DNA of 64,000 nt, from positions 864,001 through 928,000 of the forward strand of contig CAXXMB010000001.1 of assembly GCA_963668675.2 (NCBI GenBank). Direction: 5' to 3'. How positions within the stretch are numbered: position 1 is the first letter of the stretch; every line of letters starts with the position of its first letter. Both the position numbers and the translations under genes were made by a program. This DNA comes from an uncultured Desulfatitalea sp. Its GTDB lineage: Bacteria; Desulfobacterota; Desulfobacteria; Desulfobacterales; Desulfosarcinaceae. This document shows positions 19,009 to 29,014 of this stretch, piece by piece. Under the pieces are notes generated by a model, which made no database searches, was not told where the DNA came from, and saw nothing but the letters and a program-made list of their open reading frames with translations.

Positions 19009-20412
19009 TCAGTTGGCGATAGAGATGATTGTGTCCATCATCTCATCGGTGGTGGTGATCAACTTGGCTGCCGCATTATAGGCGTGCTGAAATTTAACCA
19101 GGTTCACCATCTCCTCATCCAGCGATACACCGGAGACCTCTTCCCGATAATTTTGCAAATGCTGAATCATGGTGGACTGGTGGTCGTAATTGAGATCTGC
19201 TGTTCGCACATCGCTGCCCACGTCGCCCACCAGTGAGGTGTAGTAGTCATCAAATGTGGCGTTTCCGCCTGACATGGTCAAGCCGCTTTGAAGATTGGCG
19301 ATGGAGATGGCCACGCTGTTATCGCCGGGTATCGCCGCTGCATCCCCGGCCGCTGCAATCAGGTTGACATCCGCAACAATGGCACTGTTTACTGCGATGT
19401 CTCCGGCGTCTGTCCCGGTAAAAAAGTCGTTCTGGGAGCCGTCCAATCCAAAGCCGGACGGTGTACCCGGGTCATTATGCAACGCATTGACCTCTTGGAT
19501 AATCGCCCCTGCCAGTATGTCCAGGCGGGTCATGTAGTCGTTGATCACCACATCCCGGGCTTGAAGCCAACCCTTCAGCTCCCCCGATTCGATCTGGGTG
19601 GTGATGTTCTGCGCCGTCCCGCTGCTATCTTCCCAGTAGACATCCTGTACTCCCGCATTGTTGGCGGTAGAAAGGTCCCAGGTGAAACCGCCTTCTACGA
19701 GCGGTTTGCCGCCGGCCACCATGATCGTGGCATTGCCGTCGCCATCTTCGAAGGTGTCGATATCCATGAGTTTGGAGAGTTCAAAAACCAATGCGTCCCG
19801 TTGATCCCTATAGTCGTTGGCATTGAAGCCGGTCACTTCGACCTGGGAGACTTTGATGTTCAGCTCCGCAATCTGATCGGCCAGTCGGTTCACTTCCCCT
19901 ACGATATTGTCCACGTTGGTATCGATATCGGACTGGGCGTTACTGACGTTGGTGCTCAGCTGGTTGAAGGTGCTGGTCAAATACTGCGCTGCAGAGACCA
20001 AGTTGGTTCTCTCAACGTGTCCGGAAGGGTTGTTGGAGAGATCCTGCCAAGCGCCCCAATAGCCGGACATGGCTTCGCTGAGACCATAACCGCTCACCTC
20101 GTCGAAGAGCACCTCGACCTTCTCCAAGGCTGTTTTCTGAGCTTCCCATCGCCCGAGGCCCTCGTTCTCGTTGTTGAGCTGGTTGGTGACAAACTGGTCG
20201 TAGAAGCGCTGGACCTTCTGCTCGGCACGCACACCAGTGCTCATGGTGGTGTTTTGGTCCCGGATGGGTGTGCTCTGCTCCAGGTTCAGACGCTGGCGTG
20301 AGTAGCCCGGTGTATTCACATTGGCAATGTTATTGCCGGTGATATCGATCGCCTTTTGCTGGGTGACAAGGGCATTTCGACCAATATAGAGTAATCCGCT
20401 GATGTTTGGCAT
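19009..20412 (-). CDS. flgK: Hook-associated protein FlgK
   Basis: ITGNNIANVNTPGYSRQR; SGVSLDEEMVNLVKFQHAYNAAAK. Confidence 0.96.
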   Translation of the reverse strand: MPNISGLLYIGRNALVTQQKAIDITGNNIANVNTPGYSRQRLNLEQSTPIRDQNTTMSTGVRAEQKVQRFYDQFVTNQLNNENEGLGRWEAQKTALEKVEVLFDEVSGYGLSEAMSGYWGAWQDLSNNPSGHVERTNLVSAAQYLTSTFNQLSTNVSNAQSDIDTNVDNIVGEVNRLADQIAELNIKVSQVEVTGFNANDYRDQRDALVFELSKLMDIDTFEDGDGNATIMVAGGKPLVEGGFTWDLSTANNAGVQDVYWEDSSGTAQNITTQIESGELKGWLQARDVVINDYMTRLDILAGAIIQEVNALHNDPGTPSGFGLDGSQNDFFTGTDAGDIAVNSAIVADVNLIAAAGDAAAIPGDNSVAISIANLQSGLTMSGGNATFDDYYTSLVGDVGSDVRTADLNYDHQSTMIQHLQNYREEVSGVSLDEEMVNLVKFQHAYNAAAKLITTTDEMMDTIISIAN

Positions 20413-20442
20413 AGTTGCCTACCTCCGGGAGATATGGTTGAA

Positions 20443-20946
20443 TCAGACCGTATCGGAGACCAACCGTCCGCCGCTGCGATTACCGGTACAGATGTTCCCG
20501 TTTTGGCCATAAACAGCGGACATCTGCAGCCAGTGCTGAAAAAAGCCCATCGAACGAGTCACCAGTCCGAGGCAGTGCTCAATGATCATGCAGCACTCAC
20601 GGTTGGCGATACGCACCCTGGAGACCGAGCTCTTCAGTTCAGATGCCACCGTTTTCAACCTCAACCGGCAGGGCGTATCGACCCGCTTCACAAGGGTTGA
20701 TACATTCAACTGTTGCAATGGGATGTCGAGTGCCGCCGCAATGGTGTGCAAGAGGGTGTCGCGGCGCTGCTCGGTCTGTTTGAGCTGGGCAACCAGGCCT
20801 TCTTTTTCTTCACTGACCCGGCTGAATCGTTCGAAATCGGAGGCGGTAGCTGCCGCCTTCTCCTCAAGGATAAGCGCCAGCATCCGTTCATAGAGATCCC
20901 TGGTCTGCTCCAATACCTCGACAAGCTGTTCGAGCTTTCGTTCCAT
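20443..20946 (-). CDS. flgN: Export chaperone FlgN
   Basis: Helical ~167 aa protein with a C-terminal YGQNG motif, between flgM and flgK. Confidence 0.8.
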   Translation of the reverse strand: MERKLEQLVEVLEQTRDLYERMLALILEEKAAATASDFERFSRVSEEKEGLVAQLKQTEQRRDTLLHTIAAALDIPLQQLNVSTLVKRVDTPCRLRLKTVASELKSSVSRVRIANRECCMIIEHCLGLVTRSMGFFQHWLQMSAVYGQNGNICTGNRSGGRLVSDTV

Positions 20947-21144
20947 GGCCTTCACCTTTCATCCAACCAGGCTCTTCTCCGGTGGCGATTAGGGTTTTAC
21001 CGTCGTCATTCGGCAGGCCAACGCCGCTTGTCAAGGCACAGTGCACTCAATAGGAGTGTTGTGCTTCCTTCCCTAAGGTGCGGGAAGGGCCGTCCCATCG
21101 CCTCTATCGATTCGGAGATAGGACAACCAAATATAGAGCGTTCG

Positions 21145-21480
21145 TTATACCCGCTTATTGACTTTCTGTAATATCAAGTTGTTTTCGAATGTTTCGCGTA
21201 GCATATCGGTGGCCACTTGCGCGCCAACGACCTTATAGGTGCCCTTTTCGACCTCCATTCTGGTCTGCTCAACCTTTGCCTCACGAACATCCGGTGCATC
21301 TTTCACCGCTTGGGCCGCTTGTTGAATCTCTCTTGCACGGTCAGACAACTGAACCGTGTCGGCACCCCCTGCCTGGCCGGCCTTGGACTGAACCTGCTGC
21401 TCAGGTGCCTGTTGCTGCTGTCGAACCTGCTTAAGGTAACCGCTGTACTCGATCGCACCTTGGTTGGCATCTACTTTCAT
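21145..21480 (-). CDS. flgM: Anti-sigma28 factor FlgM
   Basis: DTVQLS, PDVREAKV, GTYKV; own sigma28 promoter. Confidence 0.92.
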   Translation of the reverse strand: MKVDANQGAIEYSGYLKQVRQQQQAPEQQVQSKAGQAGGADTVQLSDRAREIQQAAQAVKDAPDVREAKVEQTRMEVEKGTYKVVGAQVATDMLRETFENNLILQKVNKRV

Positions 21481-21604
21481 CAAGGACCTCCTTTTTCATC
21501 CGCCCCCTTGGGCGGATCACCCCATCACTGGGGATATTGAGTTTAGCCGCTCTGTCCTAAGTATGCTTAGCGACGGGCAGCGTAAACAATACCGCTTGAT
21601 GATG

Positions 21605-21631
21605 GTATCGGCCCTTGTTCAAAAAGCTTGA
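21605..21631 (-). promoter_or_regulatory. sigma28 promoter for flgM-flgN-flgK-flgL
   Basis: Minus strand TCAA-N15-GCCGATAC. Confidence 0.8.
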
Positions 21632-21635
21632 GAAA

Positions 21636-21977
21636 TTATTTCGGTTCACCACTGTTTTCCTCTGCAGCAATGGCTGACAACTGGCGATACATCATGGCTG
21701 CAAGCCCTATTCCTCGTTGGTTCGAGATCGATTTGGCCATCTCACTGTCCAACATCTCGGTATAGATCTTTTCGGCTCGGCCCCCGTTGAGCAATCCGTC
21801 CTGAGGAACGGTTTTTCGCATCTGCTGCATCATCTGGCTCACAAAGAGGGATTCGAAATCCTTGCAGGCCTGCTCGAGTTTGCCAGCCCCTTTGGTTTCG
21901 CCCTGCTTCACGGCACTTTTTGCCAACGCTTTAGTGGTCTGGACGCTCTCTCCGGTGGGTAATATGGCTTCTGACAT
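21636..21977 (-). CDS. flgJ: Short FlgJ (rod-binding domain only, no muramidase)
   Basis: ACKDFESLFVSQMMQQMRKTV, GIGLAAMMYRQL. Confidence 0.9.
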   Translation of the reverse strand: MSEAILPTGESVQTTKALAKSAVKQGETKGAGKLEQACKDFESLFVSQMMQQMRKTVPQDGLLNGGRAEKIYTEMLDSEMAKSISNQRGIGLAAMMYRQLSAIAAEENSGEPK

Positions 21978-23104
21978 TAAATGACCTCCAGTTTGGCCTG
22001 CAATGCACCCGCCGCTTTGATGGCCTGGAAGATGGCGATCAGATCCCTTGGCGACACACCCAGTGCATTGAGCGCATTGACCACATCACCAATACTGGCC
22101 CCGGCAGGGATCAGGACCAACTTGTTCTCTCCCTCCTGGACCGAAAGATCGGTATTTGGGGTCACCACCGTCTCTCCGTCTGAGAAGGCGCCCGGCTGGG
22201 AGACGCCATAGTTCTCTTTGACCATGATGCTCAAGTTGCCATGCGCAATGGCGATGGTGGCGATGCGAACGTTTTCGCCCATCACCACGGTGCCGGTGCG
22301 CTCGTTGATCACCACGCGGGCAGCATTGTCCGGAAGGACATCGAGCTTTTCGATCATGGCGACCAATTCGACAAGATTACCGGCATAGGCGGGCGGAACA
22401 GACACTTGAACGGTACCGGCATCCGCCGCAGAGGCGATCTCATCATAAAAAAGGGCGTTGATGGCATCAGAAACCCGCGTTACGGTTGTAAAATCAGGCT
22501 GTTGAAGGCTAAGTGTCAACGATGTGCGTGCATTGAAATCCGCATTGATGTCCCGCTCGACGGTGGCGCCGTCGATGAGGCGTCCCACGGTCGGAAAGTT
22601 TTTTTGGACACTGGAGCTGTTGCCTCCGGCAGAAAAACCGCCGGTATTGACCGGCCCCTGGGCGATGGCATACACCTTCCCATTGGCAGCCTTCAGCGGC
22701 GTGAGCAACAGGGTTCCCCCCTGCAGATTCTGGGCATCACCGATGGAACTGACCAACGCATCGATGTGAGTGCCCGCTTTGGAAAAAGGCGGCAGTTCTG
22801 CAGTCACCATTACGGCCGCCACATTCTTGACTTTGATATCCTGGCTGTTGACCGTTACCCCCATCTTTTCGAGCATGCTGACCATCGATTGTATGGTAAA
22901 GGTGGCCTTCTTCCCGTCACCGGTGCCATCAAGGCCGACAACCAGCCCATACCCCACCAGTTGATTGGTGCGTACGCCTTTGATGTTGGCGATATCTTTT
23001 ATTCTCACCGCCTCGACACGTGGCACCGCCATTGCCAATAGCACTAAAATAGGTAGGATTGCCCAAACAATTCTGTATTTTTTAAGAGCGGTCATCATGT
23101 TCAC
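21977..23104 (-). CDS. flgI: Flagellar P-ring protein
   Basis: RIKDIA, NQLVGYGLVVGLDGTGD, KNVAAVMVTA, NERTGTVV. Confidence 0.97.
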   Translation of the reverse strand: MNMMTALKKYRIVWAILPILVLLAMAVPRVEAVRIKDIANIKGVRTNQLVGYGLVVGLDGTGDGKKATFTIQSMVSMLEKMGVTVNSQDIKVKNVAAVMVTAELPPFSKAGTHIDALVSSIGDAQNLQGGTLLLTPLKAANGKVYAIAQGPVNTGGFSAGGNSSSVQKNFPTVGRLIDGATVERDINADFNARTSLTLSLQQPDFTTVTRVSDAINALFYDEIASAADAGTVQVSVPPAYAGNLVELVAMIEKLDVLPDNAARVVINERTGTVVMGENVRIATIAIAHGNLSIMVKENYGVSQPGAFSDGETVVTPNTDLSVQEGENKLVLIPAGASIGDVVNALNALGVSPRDLIAIFQAIKAAGALQAKLEVI

Positions 23105-23107
23105 CTT

Positions 23108-23854
23108 TTAGAATGGCCAAACCTTATCCAGGATACGCGACAACCAACCCGGTCTCTGGCGATCGTTGAGAACGCCCGAACCGCTGTATGAGATGCGGGC
23201 ATCTGCGATGTAGGTAGAGAGAATGATATTCTCGGAAGAGATGTCTCTGGACCGGATGATGCCGGTCAGGGTGATCAACTGATTTTCAGCGTTGACGCGG
23301 ACTTCGCGATTGCCCTCAATGATCATGTTGCCATTGGCTAACAGATCTACGACCCTGGCGGTCATATAAGCATTCAAAGCACCGCTGCGCTGGGTAGCCC
23401 CTGTTCCTTCAAAGTCGCTACTGAGACTGCCTGATACAGCAGAGAAGGGGTTGAATGATTTGGATGAAGAAATTTCATTCTCAAGGTTGAATAAGCCGTT
23501 CACCTGGGCTGAAATGCCGGAGCTGCGGTCGGTGGTCGTGCTGGCTTTGTTCGTGGCGCTGGACGCCTCCACGATTTTGATCGTCAGGATATCACCGATA
23601 CGCCTGGCTTTGGGGTTGCTGAACATTTCGGACAGCTCACCGCTTTCGCTCCACAACGAGCCGTCGGTGGCCTGTGCGGGCTCCGCCAAGGGACGGCCCG
23701 ACGCCATTGCGAGTGGCGTCGTCGGGGTGGCCGCTGACCTGTGTGACGAGGAGTTTGAGCAGCCGCATATCGCGGCAAACAGCATCAGTAGAGCGCACAG
23801 GCCTATTATGATGGTACTTCCTTTAGCTGACGGGGCAAGATGACGCATATTCAT
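23108..23854 (-). CDS. flgH: Flagellar L-ring lipoprotein
   Basis: Lipobox-like ICGC, GSLW, GDILTI, IADARISYSG, PGWL. Confidence 0.95.
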   Translation of the reverse strand: MNMRHLAPSAKGSTIIIGLCALLMLFAAICGCSNSSSHRSAATPTTPLAMASGRPLAEPAQATDGSLWSESGELSEMFSNPKARRIGDILTIKIVEASSATNKASTTTDRSSGISAQVNGLFNLENEISSSKSFNPFSAVSGSLSSDFEGTGATQRSGALNAYMTARVVDLLANGNMIIEGNREVRVNAENQLITLTGIIRSRDISSENIILSTYIADARISYSGSGVLNDRQRPGWLSRILDKVWPF

Positions 23855-23891
23855 GTTAATGATATCCTTATGGTATTGTAATCGATTACCA

Positions 23892-24893
23892 CTATTCTCG
23901 CGTTGATGAGAAATCGACTTTCACGGTCTGGGCATCGACAACCTGGGCGAAAAAATTCTTTCTGGAGCTCATGTTCATCACTTGAATATTGTCTCCGAAG
24001 ATACCGTTCTCCTTGGCCACAGCCTGGGTAGTGATACGCAATACCTTCGATTCGGCAAGCACCTGGACGACGTCCCCTTTGCGCACCATCAGCGTCTCGT
24101 GCACCTGATCGCTGCGCAGAATCGTGTTGGCGGCGACGGTCCTGCTCGACCTTTTTCCGATCACTTGCTTTGGATCGAACAGGGCCTTGGACGGCACGCG
24201 GGCCAGATTCATCTTTTTTACCTGGATGTCGCTGGCGCCAATCGGTTGATTCTTGCCCAGCGGCCTGGCGGTCAACACCACATCCTGCCACACCTCGATG
24301 TAGGCCGGTACGCTGGTCCGTTTTACGGTCTGGCCATCCACTTTGATTCTCACTTTGAAAGGGATTGCGCCCAACCAATCGGTGTGCTTCGGCGCGGTCA
24401 CCATGAGACTCACCTTTCCGGGGGGCAATTGATGCGATTGCCGATAGCGAATCGGTCGGATTTTGATCTGTTCGCGATCCCACGGTGCGTGACGTTCGAT
24501 AAATTCGACCACCGCTGCACTGACCATTTCGGGTGGCAGTGTGGCGTGGTTGCGGGTCACTTTCACCGGACCGTTGGCAGTGATCTCAAATAAATGAGCA
24601 TCCCAACCCTGCTGTTTAAGTGAATTTTGTACCTGCCCGGGGTGCAGCCAGAGGGATTGCCCCGGGAGCGGTGAACGGCCGACGGGAACAGTGCCCATCG
24701 AAGCTGTCTGTTGGGGATCGGGGCCGAGGATGTCGGCGATCTGCGCCAGTGTGATCTGCTCCGAATCGACCTGCACCTTCTGGGTAAGGTGGATGCGAAT
24801 GGTGCCGTCGGCGAGCGCTGTCCCAGGTTGAAGGATGGCCAGCACGAGCAGCAAGCCCCATACCAAACGCCTATTTGCCTTGGAATCATTCAT
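23892..24893 (-). CDS. flgA: P-ring assembly chaperone FlgA (long form)
   Basis: Signal peptide; C-terminal SAF domain (MVRKGDVV, ENG..GDNIQVMN..S); between flgG and flgH. Confidence 0.88.
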   Translation of the reverse strand: MNDSKANRRLVWGLLLVLAILQPGTALADGTIRIHLTQKVQVDSEQITLAQIADILGPDPQQTASMGTVPVGRSPLPGQSLWLHPGQVQNSLKQQGWDAHLFEITANGPVKVTRNHATLPPEMVSAAVVEFIERHAPWDREQIKIRPIRYRQSHQLPPGKVSLMVTAPKHTDWLGAIPFKVRIKVDGQTVKRTSVPAYIEVWQDVVLTARPLGKNQPIGASDIQVKKMNLARVPSKALFDPKQVIGKRSSRTVAANTILRSDQVHETLMVRKGDVVQVLAESKVLRITTQAVAKENGIFGDNIQVMNMSSRKNFFAQVVDAQTVKVDFSSTRE

Positions 24894-24904
24894 ACGAATT
24901 GCCT

Positions 24905-25693
24905 TTAACGTTTCAAGTTGTTGGCCTGCTGCAGCATTTCGTCAGAGGTCTGGATCGCCTTGCTGTTGATCTCATAGGCCCTTTGGGCGGTGATCATATT
25001 GACCATTTCGTCGACGACACTCACATTGGACATTTCAAGGTACCCCTGTGCGAGGGTGCCGTACCCCTCCTCTCCGGGTGTCCCCGTAATGGGGTCGCCT
25101 GAAGCGTCGCTCTCTACAAAAAGATTGCGGCCGATGCTTTTCAGTCCAGCCGGATTGACGAACCGGGCCAGTTCAACATTGCCGATATCGGTGGGTGCCG
25201 TCTGGCCGGGTTGCAAAACGGACACCGTCCCATCGGTTCCCACGGAGACCGCTATGGTATCTGTGGGGATCGTGATCTCAGGCTCCATCAAGTAGCCGTC
25301 AGCAGTTACGATTCGGCCCTCACTGTCGATTTTGAAATTGCCGGCCCTTGAGTAGGCGATCTCCCCGTTGGGTTGCACAATCTGGAAAAAGCCTTGCCCT
25401 TCGATGGCCATATCGAGTTCATTCTGGGTGTGTTGAAAATCGCCCTGGGTAAATAACTTGTGGGTAGCGGCTGTGCGGGTGCCGTGCCCCACCTGGATGC
25501 CGGTGGGCACCTGGTTGCCACCGGCCGAATTGACGCCGGGTGGCCTCATGGTCTCGTACAACAGGTCCTGAAACTCGGCCCGGCTGCGTTTGAATCCGGC
25601 GGTGTTTACATTGGATAAATTGTTCGATATGACATCTATATTAGTTGTTTGAGCCTGCATACCTGAAGCAGCAGTCCATAGGCTGCGTATCAT
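24905..25693 (-). CDS. flgG: Distal rod protein FlgG
   Basis: [53 protein letters not shown]. Confidence 0.97.
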   Translation of the reverse strand: MIRSLWTAASGMQAQTTNIDVISNNLSNVNTAGFKRSRAEFQDLLYETMRPPGVNSAGGNQVPTGIQVGHGTRTAATHKLFTQGDFQHTQNELDMAIEGQGFFQIVQPNGEIAYSRAGNFKIDSEGRIVTADGYLMEPEITIPTDTIAVSVGTDGTVSVLQPGQTAPTDIGNVELARFVNPAGLKSIGRNLFVESDASGDPITGTPGEEGYGTLAQGYLEMSNVSVVDEMVNMITAQRAYEINSKAIQTSDEMLQQANNLKR

Positions 25694-25768
25694 ATCAGGA
25701 TCTCCTTCACTCTGTGGGAAACGCTTATCGAAAGACGCCTCTTGCACCTCGGCATCGTGATCATCGCC

Positions 25769-26515
25769 CTACACATTTTTACCGACCTCATTCACTGCCT
25801 TGGCCGTTGCCTCGTCGACCGACCGTATGATGCGCTGGTAGGCTTCGAAAACGCGCATGGTCTCGATTACCTCGGTCATGGTGCGGATGGCGTTTACATT
25901 GGCCCCCTCCAAAAAACCCTGGGCGACCTGAACCTGATCCTCGTCCACGCTGTTGCCGGCAAGCCCCTGGGGCGCCGCAAATAGCGTATTGCCGGTTTTG
26001 GTCAGCTCCTGGGGCTGATCGAAAGCGACCACCTTCAAGATATCCACGGCCTCGCCATCAACATAGATTTCCCCCTGGCCGGTGATTTCGACCTTGCTGC
26101 CGTCGATGGCGATCTCGCCGCCCTGGCCCATGACCGGCCATCCATCGGAGGTGCTCAGAAGCCCCTCTTCGTTGATGGTCAGATTGCCATTGCGGGTGTA
26201 GCGACGCCCCTCAGGCGCCTGCACCTCGAAAAAACCCTCCCCAACGATGGCTACATCAAGAGGATTGCCTGTTCGCCCGGCCGGACCGGGAGTGAAGTCG
26301 GTCAATGCCTCCAGCGGAGGTGCATAAGGCGACAGCCTTCCGGGAACGGTGTTGCCAGCCACCTCTTCGGGCGCAGTAGAAGCATCGAGCCGGAATGCCG
26401 GCCTGTCTGCTTTATAGCCGGTGGTATTGATGTTGGCTAAGTTGTTGGACAGCATATCCATGCGCATCTGCTGAAGCAGGGCTCCTGCTGCTGCCTGGTA
26501 TACGGCTCCGCTCAT
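25769..26515 (-). CDS. flgF: Proximal rod protein FlgF
   Basis: NNLANINTTGYK, TGNPLDVAI, YTRNG, QGFLEGANV; directly upstream of flgG. Confidence 0.92.
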   Translation of the reverse strand: MSGAVYQAAAGALLQQMRMDMLSNNLANINTTGYKADRPAFRLDASTAPEEVAGNTVPGRLSPYAPPLEALTDFTPGPAGRTGNPLDVAIVGEGFFEVQAPEGRRYTRNGNLTINEEGLLSTSDGWPVMGQGGEIAIDGSKVEITGQGEIYVDGEAVDILKVVAFDQPQELTKTGNTLFAAPQGLAGNSVDEDQVQVAQGFLEGANVNAIRTMTEVIETMRVFEAYQRIIRSVDEATAKAVNEVGKNV

Positions 26516-26557
26516 GACGATCCTTTCTCAAGCTTCCCTTTCGGTCTAACAGAATCC

Positions 26558-26574
26558 AAGCAACTGTTGTGCCA
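26558..26574 (-). promoter_or_regulatory. sigma54 promoter for flgF-G-A-H-I-J
   Basis: Minus strand TGGCAC-AACAG-TTGCTT, a perfect -24/-12 element. Confidence 0.9.
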
Positions 26575-26684
26575 CTCCCCATTAGCCAATATTTACATTT
26601 ATATTCAGTCGGTTAAAAAACCATAAGCAGGGAAGGCGTCAACGAACCGGCAACTGTTGCCGAGCAACCGATGACAAATTGCCG

Positions 26685-27218
26685 CTAGGCAACTGCTTCC
26701 AGACGATCGCCGCGGCGACGGCTATGGATCTTCATGGCCAACGCCAATTCGCTATGTGAGAGTCCCAGACGTCGGGCGATCTCTTCAGGCTTCGATCCTT
26801 CTGCGACCATATCGGCCACACTCTGACGCCCCTCTTTTGGGGGCACGACAGTCGTCACCGTCTCTTCATGACGATCATTCCGATGTTCGGTTTTAGGCAT
26901 GACGGCATGGTATCCGACCGGTGCAGCCTCTGACGCATTGCGGCACAACAACGCCTTCAATTTAATCTGTTCCGTCTCGATAATTGTGATCAAGGCTGTG
27001 AATACCGAATCGATCTGCTGCTCCAGAATCATCTGGTTCATCTGTTTGCCAAAACCGTCATTGAGCCCCTGAAACGCATCGGACATTTGTTGTTGGGTTT
27101 TGGCCCTGTTTTTGTATCGCTTCATGCGCATCAGCCGAACGCTGAGCATCAGCAGTATCATCGTCGGCAGACCAGCGACGGATAGCAAAACCCACATGGG
27201 AATGGTAATTTCCAACAT
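26685..27218 (-). CDS. Membrane protein with C-terminal DUF2802/DUF6115-like helical domain (SwrB/FipA-like)
   Basis: GGAGGAG RBS before ATG 27218; N-terminal TM; C-terminal MVAEGSKPEEIARRLGLSHSELALAM; directly downstream of fliA. Confidence 0.6.
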   Translation of the reverse strand: MLEITIPMWVLLSVAGLPTMILLMLSVRLMRMKRYKNRAKTQQQMSDAFQGLNDGFGKQMNQMILEQQIDSVFTALITIIETEQIKLKALLCRNASEAAPVGYHAVMPKTEHRNDRHEETVTTVVPPKEGRQSVADMVAEGSKPEEIARRLGLSHSELALAMKIHSRRRGDRLEAVA

Positions 27219-27291
27219 ATCTCCTCCTCTATCGTTGCATTGAGTTGCGATGGTGTTTCGCCATAGTGACTTGTCGGCACTGCAGTTGAGA

Positions 27292-28050
27292 TCAATCCTC
27301 GAGAAAGCCTTCTTTGCGCAGCTTGCTTCGCAGACGCAGCACCGCTTGTGAATGGATTTGAGACACACGCGACTCGGTGATATTCAAAACCATCCCGATC
27401 TCCTTCATGGTCATTTCGTCACTGTAGTACATGGAGATGACGAGACGCTCCTTTTCGGGCAGCCGCTCTATATGGCCGGCCAGGGTCGCTTTGATCTCTT
27501 TGACGGTTGTCAGGGACAAAGCGTCATCACCGCCGTTGTTCAACAGATAGCTGATGATATTCTCTTTTTCATCGCGAGAACCATGGCCGATCTCTTCAAA
27601 GCTGACGAAGGAGATGCTGGACATTCGTTTGACCTGATAGAACTGGTCCATGTCCATATCCATCTCTTCGGCCACCTCTTCGTCGTTGACCTCACGCCCC
27701 AGTTTCTGTTCCAGCTTGAGATAGGCTTTCTCCAGATTGCGGATCTTTTTCCGGGTGGTCCTTCCCAGAAAATCCCTGGATCTGAGTTCACTCAAGACTG
27801 CTCCCTTGATACGAAAAACTGCGTAGGTCATAAACTTGTTGTCGCGGGTGGGATCATAACGTTCAATGGCCTGAATCAGGCCAATGATGCCCACATTGAC
27901 CAGATCGTCCACCTCGACGGTGGGCGGCAGGTGCGTGGCAATGCGATTGACGATCCTGTTCACGTATGGCAGGTATTCGGCGATAATCTCATTGCGAAGG
28001 GTGTGGTCACCCTTATCCAGGTTTTTGAGTTGGGACTCCAAGACAGCCAT
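27292..28050 (-). CDS. fliA: Flagellar sigma factor sigma28
   Basis: DDLVNVGIIGLIQAIERYDP, YAVFRIKGAVLSELRS, TMKEIG..LNITESRVSQIHS. Confidence 0.97.
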   Translation of the reverse strand: MAVLESQLKNLDKGDHTLRNEIIAEYLPYVNRIVNRIATHLPPTVEVDDLVNVGIIGLIQAIERYDPTRDNKFMTYAVFRIKGAVLSELRSRDFLGRTTRKKIRNLEKAYLKLEQKLGREVNDEEVAEEMDMDMDQFYQVKRMSSISFVSFEEIGHGSRDEKENIISYLLNNGGDDALSLTTVKEIKATLAGHIERLPEKERLVISMYYSDEMTMKEIGMVLNITESRVSQIHSQAVLRLRSKLRKEGFLED

Positions 28051-28128
28051 TGTTTCCCCCTATTGGAATTGGATATGGCTCTTTTCTGCTTAAATGTGAT
28101 CTCTATGCCGGCTTAGTATCTCTCCGAA

Positions 28129-29010
28129 TCAGCTCGGCATTTCGGTCATGCACCAGTCCGCTGTTCGGCTGTGCCGGTTCGAAACGGGTGACGCCACAAT
28201 CTTACGGGTCAGATCGATGAAATTGCGGCTTGCTTTGGTCAACGGCGCCATCTCGGTCACCGCTTTTTGCTGACGCACCCCTTTTCTGACATTTTCATCC
28301 AGCAGGATGCATCCATAATACTCCATCGAAATGTTTAAGAAGCGGTCTGCGACCAGGCTCAATTGGCGGTAGACATCCTCAGCTTCCTGGACGTTGGCGG
28401 CGGCATTGACCACCAGTTTGAAACGATCGGTACTGTGCTTGACCGATAGCACCTTCATCATGGCATAGGCGTCGGTGATCGATGTGGGTTCGGGTGTCGC
28501 GACCACCAGGATCTCATCGGAATTGATATTGAAATAGAGCACATTGGCGGAGATGCCGGCCGCCGTATCGATCAGCATCACGTCAAAATCGTGCATGAAG
28601 GCGTCCAGTTGGCTGAAAACGAGATAGCGTTCCTGCTGTGTCAGTGCCGTCAAATCCTGGATTCCGGACGCGGCTGGCAGGATCTGCATCCCGCCGGGGC
28701 CCGTGATGACAATTTCGGACAACTTCTTCTCGCCGCGAATCACATGAGAAAGGTTATATTGGGGCGTAAGTCCCAACAGGACATCCAGATTACCCAAACC
28801 CAAGTCGGCATCGAGGATCAGCACCTTTTTGCCGAACCGCCGCAGGGTATATCCCAGATTTGCCACGATGTTGGTTTTGCCCACGCCACCTTTTCCGCTG
28901 GTGATCGATATGATTTTGGGAAACCGATTCTCGTCCCGACCGTTTCCGTTTGTGACGGCTTTGCGATCTTTAAGCCGAATGACGTTCTTTGCTGTTTCTC
29001 TCTTGGTCAT
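28129..29010 (-). CDS. flhG: MinD-like flagellar number regulator FlhG/FleN
   Basis: SGKGGVGKT, DADLGLGN, IDTAAG, PEPTSITDAYA; between flhF and fliA. Confidence 0.95.
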   Translation of the reverse strand: MTKRETAKNVIRLKDRKAVTNGNGRDENRFPKIISITSGKGGVGKTNIVANLGYTLRRFGKKVLILDADLGLGNLDVLLGLTPQYNLSHVIRGEKKLSEIVITGPGGMQILPAASGIQDLTALTQQERYLVFSQLDAFMHDFDVMLIDTAAGISANVLYFNINSDEILVVATPEPTSITDAYAMMKVLSVKHSTDRFKLVVNAAANVQEAEDVYRQLSLVADRFLNISMEYYGCILLDENVRKGVRQQKAVTEMAPLTKASRNFIDLTRKIVASPVSNRHSRTADWCMTEMPS

Positions 29011-29014
29011 AGCA

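Noticed and set aside
19288..20301. Long antisense ORFs (also 22241-23041, 27352-28116, 44630-45439, 50954-51838)
   Set aside because: Opposite-strand shadows of well-supported genes, with no recognisable motifs.
20956..21144. Lysine riboswitch (AGAGGCG near the start of the structure)
   Set aside because: The other conserved lysine-aptamer elements are absent and the gene context does not fit.
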